Assembly (NCBI GenBank): GCA_044225175.1 | Contig: JBGAJA010000002.1 | Span: 146,917 to 210,916, forward strand | Direction: 5' to 3' | DNA length: 64,000 bases | Source: Candidatus Omnitrophota bacterium | GTDB taxonomy: Bacteria; Omnitrophota; Gorgyraeia; Zapsychrales; Fredricksoniimonadaceae | Shown here: piece by piece, positions 42,063 to 55,500 of the stretch | Layout of the letters: every line of letters starts with the position of its first letter | Numbering within the stretch: the first letter of the stretch is position 1 | The notes under the pieces: generated by a model | Database searches by the model: none | Seen by the model: only the letters and a program-made list of their open reading frames with translations | What the model was told of the DNA's origin: nothing | Translations under genes and position numbers: made by a program

Positions 42063-42083
42063 AAAGGTGTCAGACACCTTTTT
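42061..42083. repeat. REP-like palindrome copy 1: AAAAAGGTGTCAGACACCTTTTT
   Basis: Exact 23-mer, one of four copies. Confidence 0.75.
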
Positions 42084-42192
42084 ATTGACTATTTTTAGAT
42101 GAATAATTATCATTTTGTCATCTGATTCTCCCCATCAGAAGCAATCCATACCCCAATTGCTAAGTAATTTCAAAAAATCAAAATTCCTATCC

Positions 42193-42215
42193 AAAAAGGT
42201 GTCAGACACCTTTTT
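42193..42215. repeat. REP-like palindrome copy 2
   Basis: Identical 23-mer, 37 nt upstream of the RAYT start. Confidence 0.75.
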
Positions 42216-42251
42216 GACATTATCTAACCTCCCCGTTCAAGAAAGGTCAAT

Positions 42252-42935
42252 ATGCCTCGAAAACCACGAATCATCATCCCAGGAGAAATGTTTCATGTAA
42301 CCCAAAGAGGAAATTATCAACAACCTGTCTTTGAAGATGATCAAGACAGGGTAGTTTATTTAAAACTTTTACAAAAATATAAACAACAGCATGCTCTTAA
42401 TCTTTTTGCCTATTGCTTAATGAGTAATCATGTTCATTTGATTGTAAAACCAGAAGATCATACTTCCTTAGCTAAAACAATGGCCCATACCCATCAGAAC
42501 TATGCTCTTTATTTTCATAAAAGAAGAAAACGTCAAGGTCATTTATGGCAGCAAAGGTATTATTCCTGTTTGCTATATGGTCAGCATATTTTACAGGCCA
42601 TACGATATGTGGAAAGAAATCCAGTAAGGGCCGGTATGGTCGCTCAACCTTGGGAGTACGTTTGGTCCAGCGTTAACGCGCATCTAGGTAAAGTATATAA
42701 AATAATTACGTTAGAAGATAGTTCAGCTTTAATAAAAGATTCGGAATGGAAAGATTTTATTAGCTCTCCAGAAGACCTGACTCAAAATGATCAGCTTAGG
42801 CAAAGAACTCTCAAAGGATCTGTTTTAGGTGCGAAAGAAGACATTCAAGCTTTAGAAGAACGCCTAGGTCGCAAAGTCATCTTTATCCCTAAAAAAGTAA
42901 AGAAGATGTCAAAAAGGTGTCAGACACCTTTTTGA
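42252..42935 (+). CDS. IS200/IS605-family Y1 (HUH) transposase, REP-associated tyrosine transposase (RAYT)-like
   Basis: HUH motif 'SNHVHLIV', 'GHLWQQRYYS' catalytic-Tyr region, and about 60 aa of N-terminal similarity to TnpA_IS200. The C-terminus is translated through a REP copy. Confidence 0.8.
   Translation: MPRKPRIIIPGEMFHVTQRGNYQQPVFEDDQDRVVYLKLLQKYKQQHALNLFAYCLMSNHVHLIVKPEDHTSLAKTMAHTHQNYALYFHKRRKRQGHLWQQRYYSCLLYGQHILQAIRYVERNPVRAGMVAQPWEYVWSSVNAHLGKVYKIITLEDSSALIKDSEWKDFISSPEDLTQNDQLRQRTLKGSVLGAKEDIQALEERLGRKVIFIPKKVKKMSKRCQTPF
42912..42934. repeat. REP-like palindrome copy 3 (overlaps the RAYT 3' end)
   Basis: Identical 23-mer. Confidence 0.75.
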
Positions 42936-42984
42936 TGGTCTTAGGCAGGTCTTATTTGGGTGTAAATGGGTTTTACAGCTATTT

Positions 42985-43022
42985 TTCCAGTCTGGAACAT
43001 ATTTGGTTCATCCAGACTGGAA
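42985..43022. repeat. Inverted repeat ttccagtctggaa ... tccagactggaa (12-bp arms, roughly 13-nt spacer)
   Basis: Seen directly; function unknown. Confidence 0.4.
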
Positions 43023-43109
43023 ATTAGCTAAAAAGGTTATTTACGGTTAAATAATGGCCATTTAAGAAGATTATATAATTGCAGGCTGGCTTAATTGTAA
43101 AAATAGATC

Positions 43110-43132
43110 AAAAAGGTGTCTGACACCTTTTT
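43110..43132. repeat. REP-like palindrome copy 4 (central A to T variant)
   Basis: AAAAAGGTGTCTGACACCTTTTT. Its flank 'gattactattttta' resembles the copy-1 flank 'attgactattttta'. Confidence 0.7.
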
Positions 43133-43460
43133 GATTACTATTTTTAAGAAAGCCTTTTCTTGGAATGGGTGGATAAGAGGGGTTTTTTGGTTTCAAAAGG
43201 GGGTTGATATAAATTTAGGACGAACCGAAAAAAGCTTTCTTAGAAGGCACACCCCATCCTTTAAAAATAGATATTCCATAAACTATTTGATTTTAATAGG
43301 TTATAACTTAGAAAAAATAATTAAAGTGGTGGATGAAAATTATTTTTATGACATTTTATATATAAAAACTGATTTCAATTTTATTTTCTAGATTAATTTA
43401 AGTAGAATCGTAAACCATTGGTACTAAAGAGGATAAAATTGAAATAATATTTTGGAAAAT

Positions 43461-43488
43461 TTGCCATTTGTATATAATATGTTATACT
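43461..43488 (+). promoter_or_regulatory. Candidate promoter (TTGCCA - 16 nt - TATACT) about 50 nt upstream of the giant ORF
   Basis: Sequence match inside a roughly 400-nt AT-rich region with no ORFs. Confidence 0.3.
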
Positions 43489-43539
43489 CGTTGCATCAGG
43501 TAATTACCGTCGACAACTTGAAAATGTATCAAAAAATAA

Positions 43540-46500
43540 ATGGATAAAAACGAAGAATTCGAAAATCCAATTTCCTCTAACGAGGGCATCAAGTCTGATG
43601 GATCAGAGTCTGTATCTGCAGATAATATAGATATAGGCCACTCATCAGAATCTTCTTATTTGAAATTTCCAGAAAACCTTTCCCCCGTCGCTGCTAGTAC
43701 GAACCCCGAAGAAAGTTTTAATTCTATCGACGACAAAGACTTTAGAAATGGATCCGCCTTTGGCGGAGACCCAAGTCTCATTCAAATTCCACGCGCTGAT
43801 CAAAATCCATTTGTAAGTAACTTTAAACAATGGATCAAAGCGGTTGCTATTTTTGTATTAATAGTATTTATACCTGATCAAATAAGCTGGGCTTTTGGGT
43901 ATAATCCACAAGTCCTTTATAAAGATTTGCCTATTACAAGCGCCCCTATGTCATCGTCGGTGATGAATATGGCGGCCAATGACGCCGGCAAGATTTTACC
44001 TCACCAACAAATTTCCGGTTCCGTTGAATATTTGCTTAACCAAATCAAAGACAAAGAAAATCTTCGTGTGCAGTTGAACGTAGAGAATCCTAAAGATGCA
44101 AACAAATCCGCAGCTCATCAACTTGAAGTGGACACAAAGATTAAATTCGACAAACAAACCATTCAAGAAATTACAAAATGGTTGTCTCAAGAGAATCTAA
44201 ACATTCTTAATTGCGGTGTTTATTCCTTGCAAAAATTGCTTGAGCACAGAGGCATCAAACGCTCGCTGGAAGAAATTGCTGTTTTAACAATCGCCACCGA
44301 TTTAATGACCAACATTATTAAAATCGGTGAACCAAAACTCAAGACCACATTATTCTCAATGGCTAAAGTTGGAGATGCCTTAGGTTTAAATTACAAAGCC
44401 ATCAAGCTAGAGGCAAAAGACGAATTAACATTACCCACGCCTTTCATTGCCTCCATCAAAGGCGAACACTTTGTGACTGTCAAAAAAGTGACAGACACAC
44501 AAGTTTTTGTAGAGGACTTAGGCCAATCCAAAACATTAGATAGAAGAATTTTTGAAGACAGCCTGACTGGTTTTGCTTATGCCAATGTTGGCGAACATTT
44601 TAAATCTGAACTTTACGAAGTAGTCCCTGAAGCTTTGCAAGCATTTGTCTGGGGAGATAAATGGCGTGACCGCACCGGAGACTTGCCTGGATTGACCAAC
44701 TGGAACCAAGTCATTATTACTGGGGTCATTCAAGTGGCCATGTGCTTTATTCCCTTAGCTGGAGAATATGTGGGTGCATCGGCCGGAATCACAGCCACAA
44801 CAACCATGGAAGTCACCAATAGCGCAGGTGAATTAATTGCAGCCGGTGCTATCGCCATGGCTGCCAGCCAATTAGCCGGAAACATTGCAACAGTTTGTAC
44901 GATGAAAGGTGCCTGTAATGCCACGACGGGATTCTTATTAAGTACGGCGCTTTCTGTTGGTTTGACCATGGGAGCAAGCTCTGCTGCAGGTATAGCTCAC
45001 GGAGGATTTGCCAATAATATTTTAGGAAAAGAAGCTAATCCAGTTTCAAAGTTTGCCGTAGATTTTGCTTTTAATTTTTCTATGGGACTTGTCGCTGGTT
45101 ATGCCAGCCTTGAAGCAACCCGAGCTGTTCAAGAAGCCATTTGTAAAGATTCGAAAAAATGCTCAGGGACTCAAGCCATTCTCTCCCAAGCACTCGGCAC
45201 TATTGCTGGATCAGTTGCTTCCATTGCAGCAACCACAGTCACTGCCTATGGGCTATCTCAAATGCCTGGCAAATTTGGTGAAGCCGTTTCAGACACTTAT
45301 GGATTCAGAGAAAAGAATGCTGCCAAGGCCGCTCGCGAAAATGTGGTGAATAATCAACCTGAAATTAAGCAGAGTGGGGATGCTATCATTAAAGCAGCTA
45401 CCATAGATAATCTACCCGCTGACCAAGTCCTGCAAATAGATCCTCATTTTACAGACACACCTCAAAACAGGGCGATTGTTCAAGACTTGCAAAGTCCAAC
45501 TCCTGGAACTGTTAATGAAGCCATAGGTAAAGTCAGAGAAAGCCTTACTCAAGACTATAGAAATGAAGGTGTTGGCACATGGGCAGCGGATGATGCCATT
45601 AAAAATAATCCTGATTTGGCCCCCCAACGCGCAGAAATGATTAGAGACCTGAAATCCGGTGTGGTTTTAGGAAGTGATGGAAACTATAGTTTTAATAATC
45701 CAACTTTAGAACCAGCTGTTCTTCATGCCATGGACAATGCCAATGCCTGGCACAATACTTCTTTTGGCCAAGTGATGTCCGACATGGCCATCAGCCAATT
45801 GCCTGCGATCGCCGGACAGTTAACAGGAATGATTGCCCAAATCGTCGCCTACAAAGCAGGAGGCGTTGATCCTGATAGTGGAATGTCCCAAGGATTAAAT
45901 CAATTCTTTAGTTCAGCAGGAAGCTTGGCGGCAGGTTACGGCATGCAGCAATCAGGCATGGTCCCAAGAAGCACATCCGAAAATATTTCAGCAGCGATCA
46001 AAACAGGTCTTATCCGATCTGCCTTTGCCTTAGGTTTAGGAATTGTGGAAGATAAGATTATTGAGAAACCAGCCAAAGGGTCTTCCGCCCGCGCTCAATG
46101 GCGTTATGAAGAAAAATTGGCCCAGCTTCGCGCTTTCAATTTTGTGGCCTCCAGCTTTTTAACAGGGGCCATCATCGCAACCACCGATGAACAAAATACC
46201 GGTATCGAAGGCGTATCCGTAGACTCTATGAAGAACGCCATTGCCCAGCGTGCCCGAGCCAAAGCCTCTCAAGAAGCTGAAAACAATCCCTACATGATTA
46301 ATTATGCAACCCAAGAAACAGATACTCCACAAATGGATACGTCTAAGGGCCCATTATATGGAAAGATGATGGAAGATTTTAAAACTAAAGCAGGAGAAGA
46401 TGCTTACCAAGCAACCATGGACAGTATGAATGTTTCCTGGGGACGTCGAGCTTTGTTTTCAAGCCTTCATATAATGGGCAACACGGACAACAGCTTTGTG

Positions 46501-49500
46501 GCTAACTTCATGGGAATTCCTGAATCACGAAACTATTACACCAATGGCAGCTGGGGTCCAACCCAAGGAGCCTATGGAGTCACACCTGGACCCAACAATT
46601 TTGTGGCCTACAGTAATACACTACAGCAGTTAAGCGGATGGACAGTTAACATGGCCCTCCAAGCTGATCAAATGTGGAAAGACATGAAGGAGACCAATAA
46701 TTTGATCACAGGAATGCCAACGAGTGCAACTAATGTCGGCGGCCTAGTTGTGGCTGACTATATTGGCGCTCCTCAGAGAATGACCCAGGAACGCCTCCAT
46801 GATCAATGGGTGTTGCAATTATTCAGTTCCAAAATGTTAAATCCCAATCGATTGAATTACAGCTATATCAACTCGACTCTTCAAAATGCCAACATTGATA
46901 ATTATGGTCACTATTTGCCAGGGGCCATTGTAAGCGCCTTAACCAAACCAAAAGTTTATGATGTCACCAAGAATGAAGACGGAAGCTTCTCTTATATAAA
47001 CGAGGACAATCAGAAAGTTACTTTAGATAAACAAGAGGAACAAGATATTTCTTACAAACCTGTTTGGGATGATAAGGGCAATCAAACCACCGCTCCAATT
47101 TATGTCGATGATAAAGCCCAAATTGCTGCCATCAAATGGGGATTGCCTGTGGTTCGTATGGCAACGGTATTAGGTGACAATGGCGGATTTAATTTAGTGC
47201 AAGGCGATGTGACAACCATGAAAAGCGGCGTGACAGGTAAGGATGAAACTGTGTATGTGGGTCGAGGATTTAGAGGAGTTGAATTAGATGTGATCAATCA
47301 TCGCGGCAATGGATTCATTGAAAGAACTTGGGTCAATCCTAATGATGAGAGAAGAGAACATATCCGCATAGGCGGCAAAGCTTACGTCGATCCAGCAGAA
47401 TTAGAAAGCCAATTAGAAACGTTACGTAACGAAGGAAAGACGCTGGAGATTCAAGACCGCACAGGTAATCTTTTAACAATTACGGCTAAGACTGAGGAAG
47501 AACTCAAAAGTAAAATCGACAGCTTAGATGATGACACCGTCTCAAATTTTGCCACAAGCTATGGTCCATCAGTCAGCAATGAGGCTGTATCGCAAGAAGG
47601 CAGAGACAAGCTCAAACAAAAATTGAGTCAAGATTTCCAAGCTCAAAACAGCGGTCCTCAGAAATGGGGCTATGAATATGACGTCTCTGGACAAGCCATA
47701 GGTTTTAAAGATACAGACGGAGAAGCCATTGCGCTCAATCAAGTGACCCAGCGATTGGTTGAGAAACATAACCATCAAATGAATGAAGCAACCCAGGGAC
47801 TGGTACCTATTGTTAATGGGGCCATATCTGCTCCATTAGTCAATGCCGATGGACGTTCCTTAGCTGCAGAAAATGGAGGTAATAAAGCTGCTCAATTATT
47901 GGCTGGAAGAAATTTCTGGGTGGAAGGTACAACAGAAAGCCAAGAAATGCAAAAGTTCATCAAAACCTCCGGAGGCATTCACAATATTATTGGGGGAGAT
48001 GGACGAGGGTTTAATTTCAATTATAGAGGTACGTACGATAACTCCTCTTTAAACTTGCAGCTTCCAACAACTACCCATGAAATGAAGGATGGCAAAGCCC
48101 AGCCTGTATTCGTCAACCAAGCCATTTTTGGAAATAAAAATTTCAGCAGCATGTACATGACGGGGGCTATGTCGGATGGAACATTCTGGTCTACCAAGGA
48201 CGGCTCAGCCATTTCTTCGGCATTTTTAAGTTTCGATTCCCTAAGCGGAAGGATTGCAGGGTATAACGAGAGTATTGTAAGTTCGAAAGAAGGTCTTCAA
48301 TACAATGATTTCCAAAACGCTTATCAACAACAATTGGCCCCAGATCAAAAATTTGATTCTGCTCAAATGGCCGCAGCTGCTGGTCCTTTAGCTGCCCAAC
48401 GATATTTAGCTGCCCATGCGTTTGCGGCTCGCTTAGGGACTTTGAATGCTTCTCCAGCCAGTTCGATGGTTGCTTTCCAAGCCTTTGGACGTGATGACCA
48501 AAGGGTCACAGACACGCCGCTGTATGAGGACCAATTTGTCTACAGTCCTCAAGCTAAGCAAAATGCAGAAGAACCCGATACGTATGAAGGTTCAGCTATA
48601 CCTACATCTCACGTAGATAGCAAAAAGCTGAATATTCAAGGCCAAGGATTAGTGTATTCCTCGGCCAATCAAGCCAACATGTTTGCCATCAATAAAAGCG
48701 TTAATCAGAACAGTCGATTCACTTCTGGTTTGATGACCACATCGCCTTTGAATGTCCTCGATCAAGGAACACTAACAGCAACCGTTAATCATGGAGAAGT
48801 CGTTTTCAAATCATTTGCCGAAGATGCATCCGGTAACGTCACCGATTTCGCTGGGGCTCCATCTATTCAAGGAGATACCGCTACAAAATCCAAGGCATTC
48901 GCAAACCAATTACAAAGTCCAAGCCCGTTAATGTTGTCAGATGTACAAGCGGATAATGAGGCATGGAAAACTCAATTCCCAGCATTAGATATTTTCTCAA
49001 CTACCAATAGCAATTCTCCCCAATTGAAATCCATGATTGAGGAAGGTATCAAAAACACTAACCCAGAGAACTCTACTTTAACGGTTAATTTTAATAATGG
49101 ACGTTTGGCCAATATGAATTTCCAAGGATATTTCGGGACCCAAGCAGGATCATCCTCCAGTGGAATATTATATGAATCCCAGGAATCTTCTGGAGGCAGC
49201 AAGGATGAAGGTTGGAAAGGGGCCACAATCGCCCCATTTGTCTTTCCTTCTGAAGCTGCTTTGCAAAGCAATCCAACCTTACGTAAATTAGCGTTGAATG
49301 ACAACTCCCAGGTGGCCGCTACATTTAATTCTCAATCAGGCGGTTTACAGGTCAAGTTTGGTAAGGGAAGTATTCTATATTCTGACTCTACAGGTGGTTT
49401 GAATCCATTTAATCCAACATTAGATTATAAGGGCCAAGCGTATTCTCAAAATGAATACAACAGTGCTATTTATGTTGGCCAAAATTCCGATGGAAGCCCA

Positions 49501-52500
49501 ACGCACATGAGATTCGGGTGGGTGGCAGATAGAGATCAGAATGGAAACATTAAAAAAGATGCTCGAGGAAATACAGTTTTTTTAAGTCCTACATCTACGC
49601 TGTTAGTTGATAAAACTACATTTACCAATAAAGAAATATTTCTTAATAATACTTCTCGATTGGATTTAGAAACATTCACATCTGAAGAGTCCCACGTCTT
49701 TAAAGTCAATGATGCATCCAAGCCATTTGTCTGGAACAGCGGGAACTGGGAATTACCCGCTGATAGCAAGTCGCTATCTGTGGGTGTCAATTATGTCAAA
49801 AGTCAGTTAGGCAAAGATTTAACTGATCAGAAGAAAGTTGCGGACGCCAATGCCATGATGGCTTCCTCGCAATTAGGACTAACGCCAATTAGGGGTGTGA
49901 CTGAAGATGAACAAAAGAAATTCTATCAGGCTGTTTACAGCGATATCAAAGCTGGTCCAGGAGGTGTGTTCCTTTATCAACCTACGCCAAGTGAAACACA
50001 CAATCAGCTTTTAAGTAATATCTTTCTAAGTCCTGTTTTAAATACCAGCTTAAGCAATCCTTTATCTCAAATTGGAGTTGGTCAAGTCATCAATAATATG
50101 GAAGGAAGTGTATCTAATACAGGAGATTTTGCCCAAAGTGGTTCTCATTCCATTTTGCATGATTTAAGAAGCAAATTCGATCAAAATCAATCCCCGCAGC
50201 CAACAGCTAATGCTGATCAGGCGCCCGCAAGTGTTCGTCTTCCTGCTGGAGACAAAGCCACAACAACCATTAATCCGCTTGTTCAAGGCTATGTTAATCG
50301 TGTGGACACGACAGCTGGAGGCGTGTGGTATGGAGAAAGTTCAAGGTCTTTACATAACAATGTGACAAGTGAAAACAGTCTTATACTAGAGAATGAACCT
50401 GAATATGCCATCTTAGGACAGGCCCAATTTAATGTGGGAGATCAAACACATTCATTTAGCGCAACAACATATTTTAGACCCAATAGTACAAGGATTGTCG
50501 GTCAATTAGGTCAAAACGGATACACATTAAGAGGTGTAGGCAATGCAGAATCAGCGATGGATATGTTTGACGGTGGATATTTAGCTGTTTCAGATAATGG
50601 GCCACATCCAGGTTTAGGGTTGGGATATGCTCGAACCATTGGCATTGATCGCGTGACGAAAAATGGCCAGGAAATTTCCAATGGTTTATGGACAGCTAAT
50701 GTGGGCTCTGTTCGAAAAGCAATTGGTTCTATTCTAGGATTTCCAGGACGCAGCGATGGTTCATTTAGTTTAGAAGACGGAAAGATGGTTGTTTCCTCAG
50801 ATACCGCAACCAACAATCTTCTAGAAGGCAAAGCTTCGTTCCAAGGATTTGCCCGTGCCGAAAATGGTGTGGAAGATGTAGCCATGAATTTCAACAGTCT
50901 TCAATATACGCCTAATAATGAAATCATGTTTGTAGCAACTGCTAAAGATAATGCCCAAGAAGGTAAATTCCCTATTTCTGGAGAAGCTTTTATAGGGGGA
51001 GCAAATCCTTCTAATGGCGCAGCTGGAGCAGCTGCAGAAAAAACAGATCCTGGTATTGCTAATATCGCCCGCCTTAGAAATCCACAAGGAAACAAAGATG
51101 TAGTCTTGGCCCTCGTCGGGGGTACAGGTGGAAATGCCAATGAACAATTAGGTGTTCTTTACTCGACCAATGGATTTACATTTAATCCTAATGCGGAAGG
51201 TTCCAAGTATTCATTTGTTAATGGAACCAACAACAGCAATCGAGTTTATTTTGGAGACCACAATTCCGCTTGGGGGCTTGGTTTTGGTATTGAAGGTGGA
51301 CGTAAAGTAGGATTAGAGGGTAGCGAACCAACCTATTTCAATAACACCCGCCAAATCAATGAAGCTGGAACAATCACCGACGAGGAACAAGGTTTCACAT
51401 ATGTCTTTGAAGGGGACGCCAAGAAGGGTTCATGGAATTTAGCTAAAGAAGACAGCTTGTTCCCAGACACGATGAATAAAGGTTTGACTCCACAAAGACA
51501 GGCCGTAATTTATAGTGGAAAAGCTAAGGGTATTGGGATCACTCAGAATTATGTTGATTTCATGATGAACCAAGAAGGAACGCTTCAGTATCTACCTTTA
51601 AATGCTAACCATGCTAAAATTCCAAGAACAGTCGTGGCAGACACACCCATTGATTCTTCTTTAGATTTTGAAACTTCCCAAGGCATTGCAGCCCGCGCTA
51701 GCGCGGATACGGGGATTGGTCTGACTGCGTTCAATGCACCAGCAGAGTTATCGACTCAAAACACTGCGGAATTTACAAGTCCAAATTCATTTGGAGATAG
51801 TACACCTAAAACAAACAACACGTCTTTAATTGAAACAGCCCTAAGTTCCAAACCAGTTTCCCAAACAAATGATCTGGGTATTGATTTACTTTTACCTCGA
51901 CAAGCATCTTCTGCCATATCCAACATGGATTCAAGCAGATCTCCTCAACAAATTTTGACCGCTCCTGAAGACCCTGCTTTTGAATCAGTCACAGGAAGTG
52001 GACTTACACGCCAGGTTGGCACAACAGCTAATGGTACTCCTATCTATGAAACAGAAATATCTTCGGATGACAGTTTGGTTGCAAGGGCCCCAGAAAGTGT
52101 AAGAGACGTAAATCAAATCACATTGTCCTATGCCCCTATGTATCAGGGTTTTAACCATCTTTTTGAAGGTCAATTCCAAGCTGAAAAATTAGGCAGCAAA
52201 AACCAATTCATTTCCGGTGTCCAAACGGATGCTCAAGGCAATTTAACAGGTGGTTATATCGTGGCTGCTGAAAACCATGAGTATAACAATCCAGCCAGCT
52301 TGACCAATCGTCCTTTGGCAGGATATCAAGTGTGGTTAGGCCAAGACGGATTTGCCAAACGCGGCATGAGAAGCGGCTGGGTGAACATGACAGCCACAGG
52401 TACAGCTAACCTAGCATTAAAAACAGGCGGTGTTGTTCAGGCAGAAGGATTGTTAAGCGGCATTAATTTTATGGCGGTTGAGGGTGTCGGTCAGCCTAAG

Positions 52501-55500
52501 TTTTTAAATTTCAATGTAGCTCAAGCCCAGATCGATGGCAGAAATTTTGATGTCACATCCGGTGTTTATAGCGAAGGGGTTAATAGCGGCAAACCTTTTG
52601 TGGATGTAACAGGCGAACATATGCCTCTTGTCTTATCAGAGATGTCTGCCCCACGATCTGTTCCAAGTGCATCTTCACCAACAGACAGTGAACATACCGA
52701 TACACAAAATCCTTACCGTGATCCTAAGATCACTGGACAATTAATGGTCGATGCCACAAGCAATGAATTTATGACAGCTGCTCAAAAGGCAGGATACAGG
52801 ACCATGAATGTTGTTAATGGTACAAGCGATGTCACAGAGGTCAATGGTCAAGAACGTGTTAGTGTAGGGATATCTAATCTTAATAATCCATCATTAGGAT
52901 TCTCAGGAGATTTTACCAACACGGTCATTGGCACACAAGGAAATCAACCCTTGACATATGGTGTGCAAGTGGATTCAACAGGCAAACCATTAGCACGATT
53001 CTATGCACAAAACGACAATGCAATCAATGATCTGATTGCCTTTGATTCCAGTGCAACGCCTGTCAATATCGGCGGCGGGGCCCGTGGCGTTGGCGGCAAT
53101 GAAGTTGTATTCCTTCATCAAGCCACTGTTCAAGGCCAAGACGGCAGGGCGCAACAAACCAAATATGCCCTTTCTCAAGGTGTGAACGTTAAATGGAATG
53201 CTCAAGGGGCTATTGAACAATTAAATGGATTCAACCATGTAGCCACAGATAATGAGGGGACAGGGGCTAATGCCACACCTAACTGGCAATTGGCCACATC
53301 CAAGATTGACAATGGCAAAGCTGTATTCTCTTTAATAGGAGACAATGCTCATGGAAGTTTCTTCTTACCTCAAAGTGTCTCCTCTTCGGATGATGCAAAG
53401 CAAGCTGGTAACCCAAATCAACCCAAAGCGCAGGATATTAATGCTACACAATTAAGTGCTTCTATTGCGGATGGTGTAGTTGGACTTCGTGGAGACGGAC
53501 TAGCTTATGATTTGACATTCGGCCATAAAGGAACAGGCTCTATTCAAACGGATTTAAGGAATGTCAACATTGACAACAATACTGGACTCACTGATTTGGC
53601 CTATGGCTTACAAACCAATATCAACTCCAAAGACCAAACAAGCACAACAAATGCTTTGATTGCAGATAATGAACGTCAATTGTCATTTAACGGGGAAGGA
53701 CAAATTTTAAATAAAAATGTTTCTGCCAAACCAGCTGATATGGATTCAACTACCTATCGTGAGTTGGCTTCCACCAGGGCCAATTTGATCGGCGATGTCC
53801 AAAGCGCTTACCAAGCATTCGATGCTGTTAAGACAAGTAAGAACGATGATCAAAGACAAGCTGCAGCCAAAGAATTGGTCACGGCTTTAGGGGAACTTCA
53901 AAACTTTTCTTTGACCGACGGAAAATTCTTTAATCATGCCTCCGAGCTATCTTCCAATATTTCTTTTGCCATAAGCGAAGTTGAAAAAGCAGCCGCTAGC
54001 CCTGTGCAATCTCAGAATAACCAAGAGCAAGCCGTGCACAGTATTTATTTAAATGAAATCAAAGATCTTCAGAATAAAAAAGCCCAACTCTCTCAAACGC
54101 CAACCGTCCAAGAGTTAGTTGATAAAGGTGATAATGATCCAATTAAGAGACAAAAAGCCGATGAAAACAGGAAAGAACTGGACCAAGTGGAAGAACGTTT
54201 AAACCGCTTGATCAATGGCGGGGAATCCATTACGGAAATGGAGCATGTGAATGACATCGCCAGCGGCAATTTAGATATTTCGACCATACAACAGAACAGC
54301 TTCTTAAGCGCTTTGGGGGCCATGAAAACATATGACACGGCTGTTGCTACTCAAGACATGGGCAAAGATAAAATGGGCGAGGCTTCTCAAGCAGCGTTCT
54401 CACAAGCTTTTGCAGACCATGCAGCAGGGACGGCCTTATCCAATTTAAATAATGATGATATGTACAACACCGTGCATCATGAATTTCAACACCAAAACAT
54501 CAATCCTGGACAGGGAGAAATTGTTGCCTTCAACAAATTGTCTAATCTCTTCTCAGCAGATCCAAATAGCTTTAATGCCTTTGTTCCAAAAGAATACACA
54601 GATTCTCCGTATGAACGACGAGTGATGGCTGAGAGAATCATTGCCGCTAATCAAAACGGCGATTATGCCGCAGAAGTGGCTATGGAAGGTTTGGGATATT
54701 CGCAGCATAAATTATTGACTCTGGCAGGTTCTCTTTCAGACTTAGCCTCCATTGCAGGAATCCACGTAAGCAATCCAATTGCATTTAACACTTATCGCCA
54801 AACAGATAATGAACGATTCATTGAAGATGTGGTCAGTGGAAAAATTGCATTGAATGGTAATTTCGGTTTGTTAGATCAAATGGATCGCATCAAACAAGAT
54901 GAATTAACTGGAGTTTCAGGTGGAGTTACCAAAGCTGCCCAATGGGTCTCAAATTTTGGATACACATTCTTTGTCCCAACGGATGATGCGTTAAGTCAGA
55001 TGACGAATACCGGCATGGCCCTTCATGCCTCTGGTCCTGCTTCCTTAATTGCATCAGTAGTCACCGCACCTATTTCATTGGCAGCCGCTGGTTCTAATGC
55101 GGCTAGAATTACAGCCACAGAAATTGCAACGGAAGCTGCTGCAAATTCTGGAGTCAGAGCCGCAGGTAGTGCCGTTACAGAGGCTGCTTTGAATACAGGA
55201 GCTAAGAGTGCAGCGAAGTTTTGGTCTACATCGGTTAATCCAATGAATGTGGTAAATTCACTTTCTGGAATCAATTCTGCCAGAGGACTTAGTACAGCAG
55301 CCCTTTATCCTGTGATGAGAAGAGTAGGATTTACCGCAGGTAGTGTGGGAATTGCTAACGTGAGCAATTACATCGCTCACGGCGAGGCCTTATCTTCGGC
55401 CGAAAGCGGTATGGTGGCTGCCGGTGCTTTTGGTACAGCAACTGCCTTTGATGTGTTAGGGCAAGCCAATATGTTTAAAGTTAATGCAGCTGGTCAAACA

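Noticed and set aside
42115-42300. 61-aa ORF overlapping REP copy 2 and the RAYT start
   Set aside because: It reads through a palindromic repeat and overlaps a well-supported gene.
42061-43132. Possible CRISPR array, given the repeated 23-bp palindrome
   Set aside because: There are only four copies, with irregular spacing (110, 697 and 175 nt). One lies inside a transposase ORF. There is no cas context. This is REP-like, not CRISPR.
43116-43391. 91-aa plus-strand ORF in the AT-rich region upstream of the giant gene
   Set aside because: It has low-complexity AT-rich sequence, no RBS, and begins inside REP copy 4. It is more likely promoter or UTR DNA.
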